A stretch of 54,209 nt of DNA from a virus (taxonomy: Duplodnaviria; Caudoviricetes). The position numbers and the translations under genes are program-made. The notes under the pieces are model-generated. The model searched no databases and was not told the DNA's origin. It was given only the letters and a program-made list of their open reading frames with translations. Where the stretch lies: the IMG/VR virus record IMGVR_UViG_3300008050_000051, positions 1 through 54,209 of that record. The stretch is one strand, 5' to 3'. Shown here piece by piece: positions 35,324-46,734 of the stretch (within the stretch, counting starts at the first letter, position 1; each line of letters starts with the position of its first letter).

Positions 35324-36433
35324 ATGGCTGAAATAAATTTTAATACCGATATATCATTAGCAGAAGTTAGGGATACTGTTGATGTTACTCGTAATGGATC
35401 GTTCTTAGCATATGTAAACATATTGGATCAAGAACAGATAATACAATATGTAAGTCCTTATGCAAGTAATGGAGCGGGGGCGTTTATATCTATCCCAGAG
35501 GTAGGAACTTTGGTTTTAGTTTGTCAACCAACTAGATCGGGAGAATGGTATTACCTAGGGTCTACTTTTAGCCCAGAGCCAGAACAAGTTGAAGGGGCAA
35601 AAATTCCTGACGCTGATTTGTATCCTTTAGAGAGGGCTAATTCTAGAGTATACGAAGCCAGGGGAGTCCCTATGCGCCAGCAGTTCAAGGGGAGTAATGG
35701 TGGGGGGCTTACCATGTCCGAAGAGTACAATCCCACGTTTATTAGTAAAAAGACGGAACTTACATCGGAAGTTAATAAAAAAGTTAGTTTAATTGATAGT
35801 CCTGCTATTGATTCAATTATACTAGACTCAGGAAATGGGTCCAGAATTACACTTAGCGATAATCCACAAAATCAAAGTATTCCTTCCCGAGCTATACAGG
35901 TTGAAACCGTAGGGCCACAGAAATATATTAATGTTGAATCCCAAACGGATGTAGTTGTTGTGGATGGACGAGAGCTTCAAGTCCTTAATAATTCTACAGG
36001 AGCTAATGCTCCAGAAGGAGATCCAGATAAAGCAGGAAATGTTAATATTCAAAGTAAGTGGAAAGATATTAATGTCTTTACTCAGGCAGAGCAGGGAAGA
36101 ATTTTTATTGAATGTCTAAATGAGGGGGGTGATAGCCAGCTAATTCAGATTGAGACTAATGGTACTGGGGGAGCTATTGTTATAAAAACGAAAGGAGACA
36201 TTCGATTGGACGCAGGAGGGAATATAGATCTAACAGCAGGGAACCAGATAAGAATGAAGAGCGGGGCCGACTTTAGTGTAGGAAGTGGGGGAGCTGTCCA
36301 AGTAAAATCTTCCTCTGATACTAATATTGATGGGGATAAAATTCATTTAAATAGTGGAAATGCCTCTCCAAGTACCCCATCAATTCAAGGTCAGGAAAGT
36401 ACATATGGAAACACTGGTATTACTACATACTAA
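35324..36433 (+). CDS. baseplate central spike (gp5/VgrG/gpV-like, no lysozyme domain evident)
   Basis: OB-fold motif YVSPY...IPEVGTLVLV...YLGS; C-terminal beta-repeat ending IDGDKIHLN. Confidence 0.75.
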   Translation: MAEINFNTDISLAEVRDTVDVTRNGSFLAYVNILDQEQIIQYVSPYASNGAGAFISIPEVGTLVLVCQPTRSGEWYYLGSTFSPEPEQVEGAKIPDADLYPLERANSRVYEARGVPMRQQFKGSNGGGLTMSEEYNPTFISKKTELTSEVNKKVSLIDSPAIDSIILDSGNGSRITLSDNPQNQSIPSRAIQVETVGPQKYINVESQTDVVVVDGRELQVLNNSTGANAPEGDPDKAGNVNIQSKWKDINVFTQAEQGRIFIECLNEGGDSQLIQIETNGTGGAIVIKTKGDIRLDAGGNIDLTAGNQIRMKSGADFSVGSGGAVQVKSSSDTNIDGDKIHLNSGNASPSTPSIQGQESTYGNTGITTY

Positions 36434-36442
36434 GAGATTATT

Positions 36443-39175
36443 ATGGCATCATTTGATTTAGAAACATTCTTAAAAGTACAAGGGCAAACAGGAACGGGAG
36501 CGTTTCAGGCTTTGGGTATGTCATATGGGATGCCTAGTTGTATGCTTAATTTGGCTTCAGGAGCTATGGGACTACTACCAAGTTCTGTTTTGAGTAGTAT
36601 GCAAACCCAAATTATTGCAGGAAAATCCAAGGCCAATGAAGTAACCAAAGAAGTATTTAAAAAATTAATGCTCAATACAGGTATTATTGAGTTTGATACA
36701 GAAACAGGGTTATTAAAGTTCGGGTCTGATACTGCTTGGATGGGGATTGATAACGATAGTACACAAACTAAAAATAACTTAGCTGGTTTATTGGGGGCAT
36801 TTCAATATGCGAACTCAGTAGGTGCTCAACTTTATCAAAATTACACAGATATAGATAATCAGCTTGAGTCAATTCAAGACTGCTTAGATAAATATAACAA
36901 GCTTCAATCCTTCCAGTCAGGAAACTCCGCTGACGAAAAAGCTACACTATCTCCTCAAGAAGCCGATGAGTTGTTTAACACTGTTTACGCAGGGGATAAA
37001 GCTCAACTTGAATCTGCTAGTAATTTTATAAAAAAGTGTGATATTAAAATTTCTGAAATTAATACGATTCTTGAGGAGAGAAGTAATGATCCCTCTCTGG
37101 AGCCATGCCTGTTAAACTCCTCAGAGTTAGACCCCTATCTGAGTAACACTAACTTTACTAGATGCTCACCACTTGACCCAGCGATGGCAGACGATGCTAT
37201 GGGAGTTGGGGAGGAGGTGTTTAGGCTAACCTATGGCCCTCCTATCTCTGTTGCTGGTCAGTATGTGCTAACCTCAGACGGTCTTTACTACGATTCCCAG
37301 TCAGGAGGGTTGGACCCTATTTACTTGGCTATTTCTGGGATTATACCAGTAGGGGATAAGTGGAAATATGATTTTGACCCTAATTTAGGAGGCAAGGGGC
37401 AAGCTATCTCAATAAAGTCTCTTAGTAAGTTTACGGATAATATTTTTGATCCAGAAAGAATTGATGATAGCAAGGGACTTCAATTATACTATGACGAAGA
37501 CCATTTCCTCTCTGTCCTTCAACAACAAAGAAATAAGCTAGTTTACGATTTATCTTCCGATCTACAAGCTTATATTGATGAGTTTAGTGAAGATTCCTCT
37601 ATCGTAACTAATCAACGAAATTTAATTATATCTGAAATTGCTAATCATAATAATAAAATCAATAGAAGGAAAAAACAAATTGAAGTTGCTGTAAAAGCTC
37701 CTCAGATTTATGGGGATTCTGTGGGACCAAAGTTTCCTCCTGGAAAGATTCCTATAAATGATTTTTCCTACTTAGCTGATTACAATTTAGATGTAGATCT
37801 AGAAAAACAAAATGCTTTGATTTTTAATCAAGCTGATGTAGTTGGGATAGTATTACCTATTAATGCTAAGTTTGCTAAAACAAGTGCCAAGCCTACCTCC
37901 CTGTCCTTTGAGCATTTGAGTATTCCTACAGTAGGTAAGGGGTCTATTTTGTACTCCCCTTCATCAACTCAGGCGGGAACCGTGCTATCTTTAAATGATC
38001 AAATTACGTCAGATAGCTTGTTCGCTATATACAACTTTTTAGAGACTGATTTAGAACTTCCGTCCTCTACAAATTTTCAAGTTACTAATTGTGCAACTGA
38101 GGATATGTACAATAATGCTCAATTAGTTGCCACATCCAAAAGATCCGTATTTGTCTCAGGATTAGGAATTCCTTATTTTGAAGGTATTGTAAAAAACAAG
38201 TATCCTGATACTACGGCTGCCTCTGCGTTGGGGTCGTATGTCAAACTTCCTGATAATAAAGAATTCCGAGATCTAACTTATTCTTCCTTGGGATTTACTA
38301 TGGAGTGTTGGGCACATGTTCCTAATATTACAGATGCAGGAGTAGGGTGGCTAAGTGCCACAGCCTCTTCTTTAACCAAGGTTATTCTAGCAAGCGATAA
38401 TGTAGGTAATGCTTCTGGAGTTTCTGCTCTTGATCATACAGGTGCAGAAAGAGACTTGGACTACCTAAACAATGATAGGGGAGAGCAATTTGTTAGGGGG
38501 ATGGTATGTGGATTCACTAGGGATAGAAGGATCACCGAGGCAGGATACTCTTTAGGGTTATCAGGGTATAGTAATAGTAATCACGATAATGATCCCGCTT
38601 CTTCTTTAAGTTTCTTTATAGCCCCTACGCAATCCAGAGACCTATCTTCTGCTTCTTGGGTTAACAGCGATGATTGCCAGGACTTACCTACATTTTACAA
38701 AATGAAAGTGGACCTATCTGCTACTGATTTTGGGAATGTCTCTTCGCAGTTTGTATTAATTGATGTTACTTGCGATCCCGCTACGAATACTATTAAGATG
38801 TTTGCAGATGGGGCACTAGTTGCTACTTCTTCAATATCGGATGTATTCGGAGTTACTCCCAATATTCCTCCGAGTCTCCCCTCTTTTAAAAAGCCAAACA
38901 GTTTCCAATACTCGTCAACGACTGTTGACGGGCCAGATATACTAAAACAAGGCCCTCTTTTAAATCCCTTCTATACTCCTTGGATAGTTGGAGGTGGTTA
39001 TACTGATGGTATGTATAAATACGGAAACTTTTTAGGGGGAGATAGGAGTGGAATTACCAGTGGGTTGCGTGGACACTTAGGAAGTTTAAAATTTTACTCT
39101 AAAGCACTAGATAATGCAGAGGTTTTAAAAAATTACAAAGCTCAAAAAGGCTTCTTCAAGAATATTAAAATGTGA
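36443..39175 (+). CDS. virion protein with C-terminal LamG/ConA-like domain
   Basis: FTMECW...MFADG...LRGHLGSLKFYSKALDNAEVLKNY. Confidence 0.6.
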   Translation: MASFDLETFLKVQGQTGTGAFQALGMSYGMPSCMLNLASGAMGLLPSSVLSSMQTQIIAGKSKANEVTKEVFKKLMLNTGIIEFDTETGLLKFGSDTAWMGIDNDSTQTKNNLAGLLGAFQYANSVGAQLYQNYTDIDNQLESIQDCLDKYNKLQSFQSGNSADEKATLSPQEADELFNTVYAGDKAQLESASNFIKKCDIKISEINTILEERSNDPSLEPCLLNSSELDPYLSNTNFTRCSPLDPAMADDAMGVGEEVFRLTYGPPISVAGQYVLTSDGLYYDSQSGGLDPIYLAISGIIPVGDKWKYDFDPNLGGKGQAISIKSLSKFTDNIFDPERIDDSKGLQLYYDEDHFLSVLQQQRNKLVYDLSSDLQAYIDEFSEDSSIVTNQRNLIISEIANHNNKINRRKKQIEVAVKAPQIYGDSVGPKFPPGKIPINDFSYLADYNLDVDLEKQNALIFNQADVVGIVLPINAKFAKTSAKPTSLSFEHLSIPTVGKGSILYSPSSTQAGTVLSLNDQITSDSLFAIYNFLETDLELPSSTNFQVTNCATEDMYNNAQLVATSKRSVFVSGLGIPYFEGIVKNKYPDTTAASALGSYVKLPDNKEFRDLTYSSLGFTMECWAHVPNITDAGVGWLSATASSLTKVILASDNVGNASGVSALDHTGAERDLDYLNNDRGEQFVRGMVCGFTRDRRITEAGYSLGLSGYSNSNHDNDPASSLSFFIAPTQSRDLSSASWVNSDDCQDLPTFYKMKVDLSATDFGNVSSQFVLIDVTCDPATNTIKMFADGALVATSSISDVFGVTPNIPPSLPSFKKPNSFQYSSTTVDGPDILKQGPLLNPFYTPWIVGGGYTDGMYKYGNFLGGDRSGITSGLRGHLGSLKFYSKALDNAEVLKNYKAQKGFFKNIKM

Positions 39176-39639
39176 TGGCTGCTAACCAGGAAGTTATTGT
39201 ATATGGGTCAATCTCCCCGAGATACAACAAACAAAGTATTACTTCTCAGAAGCAAGAAGTATATGGTTTATCCTTTCCTTTAGGTTCAGCTAGTGATGGA
39301 TCTTTCTTTACTAAAAAATCTGGAATTAATATGATTAAGGAAGCGGTAACCCAACTTTTACTAACAGAGCGGGGGGAGAGAATAATGCTCCCTAATTTTG
39401 GATGTAACCTAAGAAAATATTTATTTCAGCCGTTGGATGAGGGTACTTTTGAAGGCATTAAAAGGGAGATTCAGTATTCATTCAAAAACTATATTGTAGG
39501 TGCTAATATAGCAAAGCTGGCTGTTTTCCCTTTGGGAGAGGCTGGCCCAGCAGGGGGAAACTCCCTTAAGGTAGTCTTGAGCTTAAAACTAGATACCGCT
39601 GATTTAGAAATCTTTGACGTTGAGGTGGATATATCATGA
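39172..39639 (+). CDS. baseplate wedge gp25-like protein
   Basis: LLLTERGERIMLPNFGCNLRKYLFQP. Confidence 0.9.
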   Translation: MMAANQEVIVYGSISPRYNKQSITSQKQEVYGLSFPLGSASDGSFFTKKSGINMIKEAVTQLLLTERGERIMLPNFGCNLRKYLFQPLDEGTFEGIKREIQYSFKNYIVGANIAKLAVFPLGEAGPAGGNSLKVVLSLKLDTADLEIFDVEVDIS

Positions 39640-41213
39640 ATTTTTCAGGAACTATAGAATCGGACTTTATGAAGTTAGCAGAGGTGCCTGTACGCAAAAG
39701 GCCCTCTTTAATAAATTTTGCGGCTACCGATTTTTTAACTCTTAGAAATTCTTTAATTGATTACGCAAAAGCAGTCTACCCTAGGGATTATAAGTATTTC
39801 GTTGAATCAGATCTTGGAATGATGTTTCTAGAATTAGTAGCTTATATGGGATCTGTTATGTCCATGAAAGCAGATATGTTAGCAAACGAGAATTTTTTAG
39901 CAACTGCAAATCAGAGGAGTAGTGTAAAAAAATTACTGCAATTGATAGGGATTAGGATGAAGGGGCCACTCTCCTCCGCTGCTGATGCGATGCTTACCTC
40001 AGGGACTACCTTAGGTGCTAGTGTGAAAATCCTTCCCTCTTCTAGAACGATAGAGACTACATCACCCGAGGACGGTGGAGCGGTTACATTTACTTTGTAC
40101 AAGGTAGTTAACGGGTTAGTTGATACTGCAAATCAAACGGGAGATATTGACTTAGCCTTGTCCGAAGCTGTAGGATCCCCAAAAACTGTTTTTGAAAATC
40201 TTGTTCTACAAGAAGGGGCTCTCGTTAGAGACACGGGGAGTTTCGCAGCTACTGAAGGTGTTAAGACGATTAAATTAACACAGGGGCCTGTTGTTGAGGG
40301 AAGTGTGCAAGTATTCACTGAAGGCCCAGATGCCTCAAAAACAGGAGCTTTTGTAGAAGTTCCAAATGTATTTTTTGCTTCCGGGTCATCTGATAAGATT
40401 TTCGAAGTTATTTATGATGATGATTTTAACGCTACTGTAGTTTTCGGGGACGGTAGTGTTGGGGTCTCCCCCGATGATACCTCTACTTACTTTGTACATT
40501 ATCGAGTAGGAGGAGGGACTAGGGGAAATATTGGTAAAGATTCTATAAACACTACAATACTCTCTAGGGTCGGCCAATCTTTAAGTCTTACAAACACTTC
40601 TGAAGCCACTGGAGGCTCTAATGCAGAAACTTTAGATCATGCAAAAAGATATGCCCCATTAAATTTTAGACGGCAAGATAGGTTAGTTACTTTGGAAGAT
40701 TACTCAGTATTTGCTAACACCTTTATCAGCAGTTTTGGGACCGTGGGTAAAGCTACAGCAGCCACTAGACAAGCCTACTCTTCTGCTAATGTTTTAGATA
40801 TTTACATTTTAGAAAAAGCATCAGATTTTCAGTTACAAAGAGCTACTACCAACTTTAAGACAGAACTTCTCTCTGCGGCGAACAAAAAGAAAATGGCAAC
40901 CGATGACATCGTTGTTGTAGATGGCTTGATTAGAACTCTGGACCTAGTGACCACCATTAGGATTGATAGAGAAGAAGAGGATAATCAAGATCAAATTAAA
41001 GCAAAAGTTAGAGATAAGCTTTTAACTTTTATGAATGTGGATAATAGAGAGTTCGGAGAAGATTTTAGTGTAGCTGATGTAAACCGACAGATCTTTGAAG
41101 TCGAGGAAGTGCGATTTTCAACCATAGATAATATTGATCAAGATATAACGATTGATTTTAATGAAATTATTCAACTTAATAACTTAACTATAAATATAGA
41201 ATTGTTAGATTAA
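39636..41213 (+). CDS. baseplate wedge gp6 / baseplate J-like protein
   Basis: DFLTLRNSL...LELVAY...NENFLATA; FGDG; GGSNAET...RLVTLEDY. Confidence 0.9.
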   Translation: MNFSGTIESDFMKLAEVPVRKRPSLINFAATDFLTLRNSLIDYAKAVYPRDYKYFVESDLGMMFLELVAYMGSVMSMKADMLANENFLATANQRSSVKKLLQLIGIRMKGPLSSAADAMLTSGTTLGASVKILPSSRTIETTSPEDGGAVTFTLYKVVNGLVDTANQTGDIDLALSEAVGSPKTVFENLVLQEGALVRDTGSFAATEGVKTIKLTQGPVVEGSVQVFTEGPDASKTGAFVEVPNVFFASGSSDKIFEVIYDDDFNATVVFGDGSVGVSPDDTSTYFVHYRVGGGTRGNIGKDSINTTILSRVGQSLSLTNTSEATGGSNAETLDHAKRYAPLNFRRQDRLVTLEDYSVFANTFISSFGTVGKATAATRQAYSSANVLDIYILEKASDFQLQRATTNFKTELLSAANKKKMATDDIVVVDGLIRTLDLVTTIRIDREEEDNQDQIKAKVRDKLLTFMNVDNREFGEDFSVADVNRQIFEVEEVRFSTIDNIDQDITIDFNEIIQLNNLTINIELLD

Positions 41214-44200
41214 TGTCTGATAGTAAGTACACCCCTAATCCTAGAAAATTCTACAAAACCAATTTTGTAGAACTAATTGAACTTATTACTCCTGAAGTTT
41301 ATAGGACTAAGGATTTTGAATTAAGCGGTACTGAAGTTAGTCCCCTGTCTAAAGTTATTAATTCCCACTTAAATGTTGCTTCAAATATAGCAAGTGTGAT
41401 TCCGTTATCCGCAGTAGCTAATACTCAGACTAGTAGTTTAGACGAGTTAAATGGTATAGCTCAATATTTTGTAAAGCAAAATGAATTAACAAAAATCAAT
41501 TCTTACCTGTTTGAAACTAAAATTCTACTACCTTTAGGAAGTACATTAGCAAACTTTGATACAAGTTCTGATTTTTCTAATTACCTATCCGCTACACTAC
41601 TTCCCAAAATAATCCCTCCTACAACTACCCAGGTTAATCCTCTACAAGCGAATATGGGGACGCTTTCTTCTTTGACAGGAAATGTAAACGCAAGTAGTGT
41701 TCATAATTACCTTGTTGACGCTTTGGGCTGGTTTTACTTTTTGAATACCTCAGCGCATGGAGGTTTAGATTATTCTCCATCTAGCTATGTTTTAGAGTCT
41801 CTAAACTCTTTATACTTAGGAGGAACTTTAGATACTGCTGATGGCATCAGAGGTCTTGTGGAGTATTTGTGGAAGAACAACGAAACCTGTTCCTTCGGAT
41901 CATACTTGCCTGAAGACTTTATTTCTGGAACTTTAGATGGAATCACGGAATCTAGTGCGGGGGTTCTGCCCACATATACAAGTGGCACCCAAAAACTTGA
42001 TGCGCTAAAGACCTTAGTAGATGTAGTTTATTCTCCTCTGTATATCGACCAGCAAGACTATACAGTAAAAACTGCATTCGATAATTATATTGATGCATCT
42101 TTGATTCTGGAGAATCGAGTTAACAAAGGTCCTCAAAGAAAGTTTAATACTTTACTTGGTTATGAGTTTGCTGATCTAAGTGATCAAGTAGAGAACATTA
42201 ATCTAATTTACGATATAGAAAATGTAAGTTCAGAGCAACTGCAATATATCGCAGACTTAATTGGATTTAAGCTTCGAGGAGCTTCCCCCGCAAAATGGCG
42301 ACATCAACTTAGAATAGCAGTAGATTTATATAAACAATCAGGAACTCTAGGAGCTATTCAAACTGCCATTAATGCTTTAATCACCGATTCCATTTTTGAT
42401 GTTTCCGGCAAAGTTGAAGAACTATGGGAATCCTATATCCCTTTTCTTATCTGGTATGCTTTGGGTACGGAATCACCATTATTTAAAGATTTGAATACTT
42501 GGACTCCTGGATTATCAATAGAGGGAGGAGTGTTCGCGTATAGTACTAGTAGCTTAGATGAAAATATTAAACTGGTTACGGATAGCATACTATTAGATCT
42601 ATACACATCTTTCCCTGATAATTTTCTGTTCCATGGGAAAAAGTTTGATGTCCCTCAATTATGGGTAGTAGATAATGATGGATGTACAACTGAAAGATAT
42701 ACTATAGTAAATCAAGGAGGTATGAAGCCTTTTCATGTTCATACCGTAGATAGTCCTGGATTCCAAGCGTACAAACAAGATGCTAAACTATTTGGGGAAA
42801 GTAACGCTTTTGAGGCTGCAACTGGATTTGGTGTTTTAGGTTCAGGAGTTTACATGGCGGGATTGGAACATCCTTCAACAGGGGAGCGTCCAGTATACCT
42901 AAAGCCTGAAGGGGATATAAGTTTCTTATTTAATTACAGAAACAAGACCAATTATCCTATGCCTCCTTTCGAGGATGTCAAGTACTATAGAGATTGCACT
43001 GTTACTGCGGACATGGTGGATTTCTTAGTTGAAAGATTAAAATGCTTTAAAGTGAAACCTTCTTTTGCTGATGAAGTTGGAAACTTTATCTTGAGCAGTG
43101 CAGTTACAGATGATTCTGATTTAGGGGCCTTAAACGAATTCTTAATGTTGTTTAGTTCGGTGCAAGTTCCATCGAATTTTAATGATGTAATGTTAAGCAT
43201 TTCTGATTACGAGAAAAACTTGCTAAACTTATGGAATGGCAAATCTTCTCATCTGTTTATTAACTTCAAGGACACAGATTTTGATTTTAGTAAAACTACT
43301 CTTGAGGGGGATGGGAGATATGCTTTATATGAAGCCTCTCGAATTGCTAGAGAGTTTTCCCCTGCTCATGCAATTACTAGAGTAAATCTAACAGCCAGTT
43401 CTGAGGACTTTTTTAGTACATCAAGTGCGAAGTATCAGTATTTAGGTTTAGATAACGATGATTCAAGAACAGGGTACACTTCAGGCTCGATTCTGTCCAA
43501 TTTTGAGTGGAGTGGAGTTGACATGGGGGCAGTGTCTCCAGGAACTACAACTGGTAGAGGGGGATTGAATACATTTAAACGTGAAGATGTAGATGATATT
43601 AGAGATGTTCTCCTTAGTTCGACTACCGCTGTTTCCCTTGGATCAGTCCCCAGGAGGGCACTAAGAAGACGAAATCTAAAGTACCTTCTACCTCACGAAG
43701 GGTACTACGATAGGACGGGCTTCAACGGGCCTGTAAGCTACGATCCCTCTACCTTGGAGGAGTCCATGCCTAGCTCGCTTGGTGAGCTTACGCTGGGTTA
43801 TGTAGCGTCTGCTGGCAAGTTCTATCCTGTGCTGGATCCCGTGAATCCTTCGGGCGTATGGCATGAATGCGAGAAGCTTGATTCTTCACGACAATTCTCA
43901 GGAGTTTATACTAGTGCTACCTTCCCGTATCGAGGGCTTTCTGCATTAGGATCTAATAGTAAGATGCCAGAGATTGCTTCTGCTACTGCGAGATATGTTG
44001 ATAGAGGGCAAGTCCCCAGGATATACAATACAATGCACCAATTGTTTGAATTAAAAGCTTATGACCAAGGATCTATGCTTTTAAGTTCCACAAGTGTATA
44101 TGATTCAGATGCTTATTGGAAAAACAATAAACAGAGCTTGGCTAATCTTGCTATTGCTAGTGGGTATGTTTTAAACTCTTTTACAGATTATGAAAACTTT

Positions 44201-45604
44201 AAGTTTGGCACAGGATTACAGCGAGCACATAGAGATTATTGTAAATATTTTGCAAAACATCCTTTGGGATTGAATGAGTTAGATAAGACAGGGGGTAATT
44301 TATTTTCTCAAGTATTTAATTTAGGGTTATTCAATTGTGATTTTGCTCTAGCTGGGTCTGCTGTAGGAAATATGATTGCTTCTACTACGGATAGCGCAAG
44401 CGCAATCAATAATGAAAACGTGTGGTACGAGGGCGCAGACGGAACTTACATTGCGGATCAAGCTAATCAGAGCGTGGTTCCCTTATCTGGGACCTGGGTT
44501 CAGGGAAATAGATATAATGCGGAATTAAGAAACCCAGCTATTCTTAGCGGAGTAGAATTCTGCGATATCTCTGGAGCACCTTCGGCTAATCAGTTTACTA
44601 TTTTTAAATTAGATTCTTCAACGGCAACTAAAGGAATGGAGAATACTCTAATTGATAATACTGTGGTTAAATGTAAATCAGTAGGAGGGTTGCCTAGAAT
44701 TAGGTTTGACCTCTCGGCTTATGGAGATAGACGAAATTACTTTATAAAAGATCACAAATTTAAATTAGATATTAAGTCCTTAGTAGCAGAAGAGAATAGC
44801 TCCCTTCTTGGAGGAGGTTCTGTGGGTGTCTGGATTCATACAGAACCTAAGGAGGGAATATTATGGAGCTGGACTCCGAAGCAGAAGTGGGAAGTATTAA
44901 AGCAATCTAGAATTTCTATTCCTTTAGTGAATAATGTTTTATCACATAAATATACTTTTTCTGAGAAGCCTCCTAGTTTTGTGGATAAAGAATACTGTTT
45001 AGGAAATTATTCAGATTCTAATATAGAAATAAATAATAATACGTTAAAAAATATTAAATCTAATTACTTTGAAAATTTTGTGATTGAGTTTGATACTAGA
45101 AACTATACTATACATAATAATTCAGAATATTTAGATATTATTCCCATGGATAACGAAGTTTATGAAATTACAGAGCAAGTAAATACGGAAGATACAAATT
45201 ATATTGTTGAAGTATTCTTTGTTCCAAATAGTAATTCCAATAAATACCTTCTTTTAGATTCAATTAATCTTCAGGATGTGACCCAAAGGGAAAATGCTGG
45301 TATTGGCACAGCACATGGAATAGAAACTAGTGGGATACCCTTAACACCTTTTGTACAAGAAGATAAAATATATTTAAATAAAGAGCAGCTCAGAGATGTA
45401 TTTAAATTCTATAATGGATTGATGGGACAAGGCACAGGACTTTATTCAACTTCTCTTGCTTCTAGAGATGCTGTAATTACTTCTAGCACATTAGAATTGA
45501 GTGGAGGAAGTAGGCTAAATTATAGAATACAGCCTGATTGGACTCCTGGCTATTCTAAATCAGCTAATTGGTTGCAATATACAAATGTGGAGTTTGATAA
45601 CTAA
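41213..45604 (+). CDS. baseplate wedge gp7 / P2 gpI-like large protein
   Basis: LQYIADLIGFKL...WRHQLRIAVDLYKQSGT; follows gp6. Confidence 0.65.
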   Translation: MSDSKYTPNPRKFYKTNFVELIELITPEVYRTKDFELSGTEVSPLSKVINSHLNVASNIASVIPLSAVANTQTSSLDELNGIAQYFVKQNELTKINSYLFETKILLPLGSTLANFDTSSDFSNYLSATLLPKIIPPTTTQVNPLQANMGTLSSLTGNVNASSVHNYLVDALGWFYFLNTSAHGGLDYSPSSYVLESLNSLYLGGTLDTADGIRGLVEYLWKNNETCSFGSYLPEDFISGTLDGITESSAGVLPTYTSGTQKLDALKTLVDVVYSPLYIDQQDYTVKTAFDNYIDASLILENRVNKGPQRKFNTLLGYEFADLSDQVENINLIYDIENVSSEQLQYIADLIGFKLRGASPAKWRHQLRIAVDLYKQSGTLGAIQTAINALITDSIFDVSGKVEELWESYIPFLIWYALGTESPLFKDLNTWTPGLSIEGGVFAYSTSSLDENIKLVTDSILLDLYTSFPDNFLFHGKKFDVPQLWVVDNDGCTTERYTIVNQGGMKPFHVHTVDSPGFQAYKQDAKLFGESNAFEAATGFGVLGSGVYMAGLEHPSTGERPVYLKPEGDISFLFNYRNKTNYPMPPFEDVKYYRDCTVTADMVDFLVERLKCFKVKPSFADEVGNFILSSAVTDDSDLGALNEFLMLFSSVQVPSNFNDVMLSISDYEKNLLNLWNGKSSHLFINFKDTDFDFSKTTLEGDGRYALYEASRIAREFSPAHAITRVNLTASSEDFFSTSSAKYQYLGLDNDDSRTGYTSGSILSNFEWSGVDMGAVSPGTTTGRGGLNTFKREDVDDIRDVLLSSTTAVSLGSVPRRALRRRNLKYLLPHEGYYDRTGFNGPVSYDPSTLEESMPSSLGELTLGYVASAGKFYPVLDPVNPSGVWHECEKLDSSRQFSGVYTSATFPYRGLSALGSNSKMPEIASATARYVDRGQVPRIYNTMHQLFELKAYDQGSMLLSSTSVYDSDAYWKNNKQSLANLAIASGYVLNSFTDYENFKFGTGLQRAHRDYCKYFAKHPLGLNELDKTGGNLFSQVFNLGLFNCDFALAGSAVGNMIASTTDSASAINNENVWYEGADGTYIADQANQSVVPLSGTWVQGNRYNAELRNPAILSGVEFCDISGAPSANQFTIFKLDSSTATKGMENTLIDNTVVKCKSVGGLPRIRFDLSAYGDRRNYFIKDHKFKLDIKSLVAEENSSLLGGGSVGVWIHTEPKEGILWSWTPKQKWEVLKQSRISIPLVNNVLSHKYTFSEKPPSFVDKEYCLGNYSDSNIEINNNTLKNIKSNYFENFVIEFDTRNYTIHNNSEYLDIIPMDNEVYEITEQVNTEDTNYIVEVFFVPNSNSNKYLLLDSINLQDVTQRENAGIGTAHGIETSGIPLTPFVQEDKIYLNKEQLRDVFKFYNGLMGQGTGLYSTSLASRDAVITSSTLELSGGSRLNYRIQPDWTPGYSKSANWLQYTNVEFDN

Positions 45605-46734
45605 TGAGAGGTGAAGTAGAAATTTGGAAAGGGAATACCTTACTTTATAAAGACTCCAATATGCTTGCTGATGGGGCTGGGGAGCTTTTAGCTGATATAA
45701 TGACTGTCTCCCCATCATTATCTGGGATTGAGGATCATGCAACTTCTTCAATACTCGATACCTCAAACTATACAATACAAGCTATTTCTTTCGGCACAGG
45801 GGCAGATGCTTTCAGAGATAATGCTTATAAATCAGGTTCTCTTCAAGATGCTACTAATGCGGTTAAACTACCTAATGAAAATGAAACTAACTCTTATGTA
45901 AGTCTAACTTATGAAGGAGATATAGAAAATTTTGATGGAAGTGCATATAGACCAGTTGTTGGAGTTCCTATCGCGCCAGATCCATCCTTAAAAACTTTAG
46001 AGTTGGATACTTCTGTATCTTCAGAGGTTAGCGGTATTGCAGTAAGTAGTGTAATTCCTGGAAATGGGCAACTTTTGAATTTTTTACCTAGTGCAATCTA
46101 TAGCGCAACTTTTGAAGGGGGACCTTTTGACAATGGATTATCTGGGTATACAGCCTCAAGATATCTTGGGGCATTTAGTAATGGGTCTTCAACTGCTGAA
46201 ACCACTCATGTAACTGTTAATAAGGGTGGAAGTACTGTGTTTAGTCCCTTTTTTCAGGGGGTCGGGACTGGAAGCTTTTTTAACGAAGTAAGCTCCATGG
46301 ATGTATCAGGATTTGTTAATATGGTAATGTCGGGCAGTCCAGGGACTACTACAGGGTATGGTATGAGTTCTACGGCTAGTGGATTGTGTGTTTCTGGGGG
46401 CCATAAACATACTTCATTAACTATTCAATTTACCGAACCTTTTGGAACGGTAGAGTATTCTGTCCAATTATCAAAGAATGATATTATCACTACAAATGTT
46501 TACGGTGGAATTTATCATTTAGGATTATGGACTATTGATATGCAAAAATCTCTGCTAAATGGAAATACTCCCCCTTTCGCCTTCAGTGTACTAAATAACC
46601 CTAGGAAATATAAATTATTTGCTAGGAAGGGGTTATCCAAAAATCTTGGGTGGATTGATCAACATTCGACTATTTCCCCTGCTTTGAATGAGCATTCTGA
46701 CCTAACTATTAAATGGAGATTACATTTCCTATGA
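45604..46734 (+). CDS. baseplate/tail-fibre attachment protein
   Basis: MRGEVEI...NML, ending LTIKWRLHF, similar in outline to the next gene. Confidence 0.55.
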   Translation: MRGEVEIWKGNTLLYKDSNMLADGAGELLADIMTVSPSLSGIEDHATSSILDTSNYTIQAISFGTGADAFRDNAYKSGSLQDATNAVKLPNENETNSYVSLTYEGDIENFDGSAYRPVVGVPIAPDPSLKTLELDTSVSSEVSGIAVSSVIPGNGQLLNFLPSAIYSATFEGGPFDNGLSGYTASRYLGAFSNGSSTAETTHVTVNKGGSTVFSPFFQGVGTGSFFNEVSSMDVSGFVNMVMSGSPGTTTGYGMSSTASGLCVSGGHKHTSLTIQFTEPFGTVEYSVQLSKNDIITTNVYGGIYHLGLWTIDMQKSLLNGNTPPFAFSVLNNPRKYKLFARKGLSKNLGWIDQHSTISPALNEHSDLTIKWRLHFL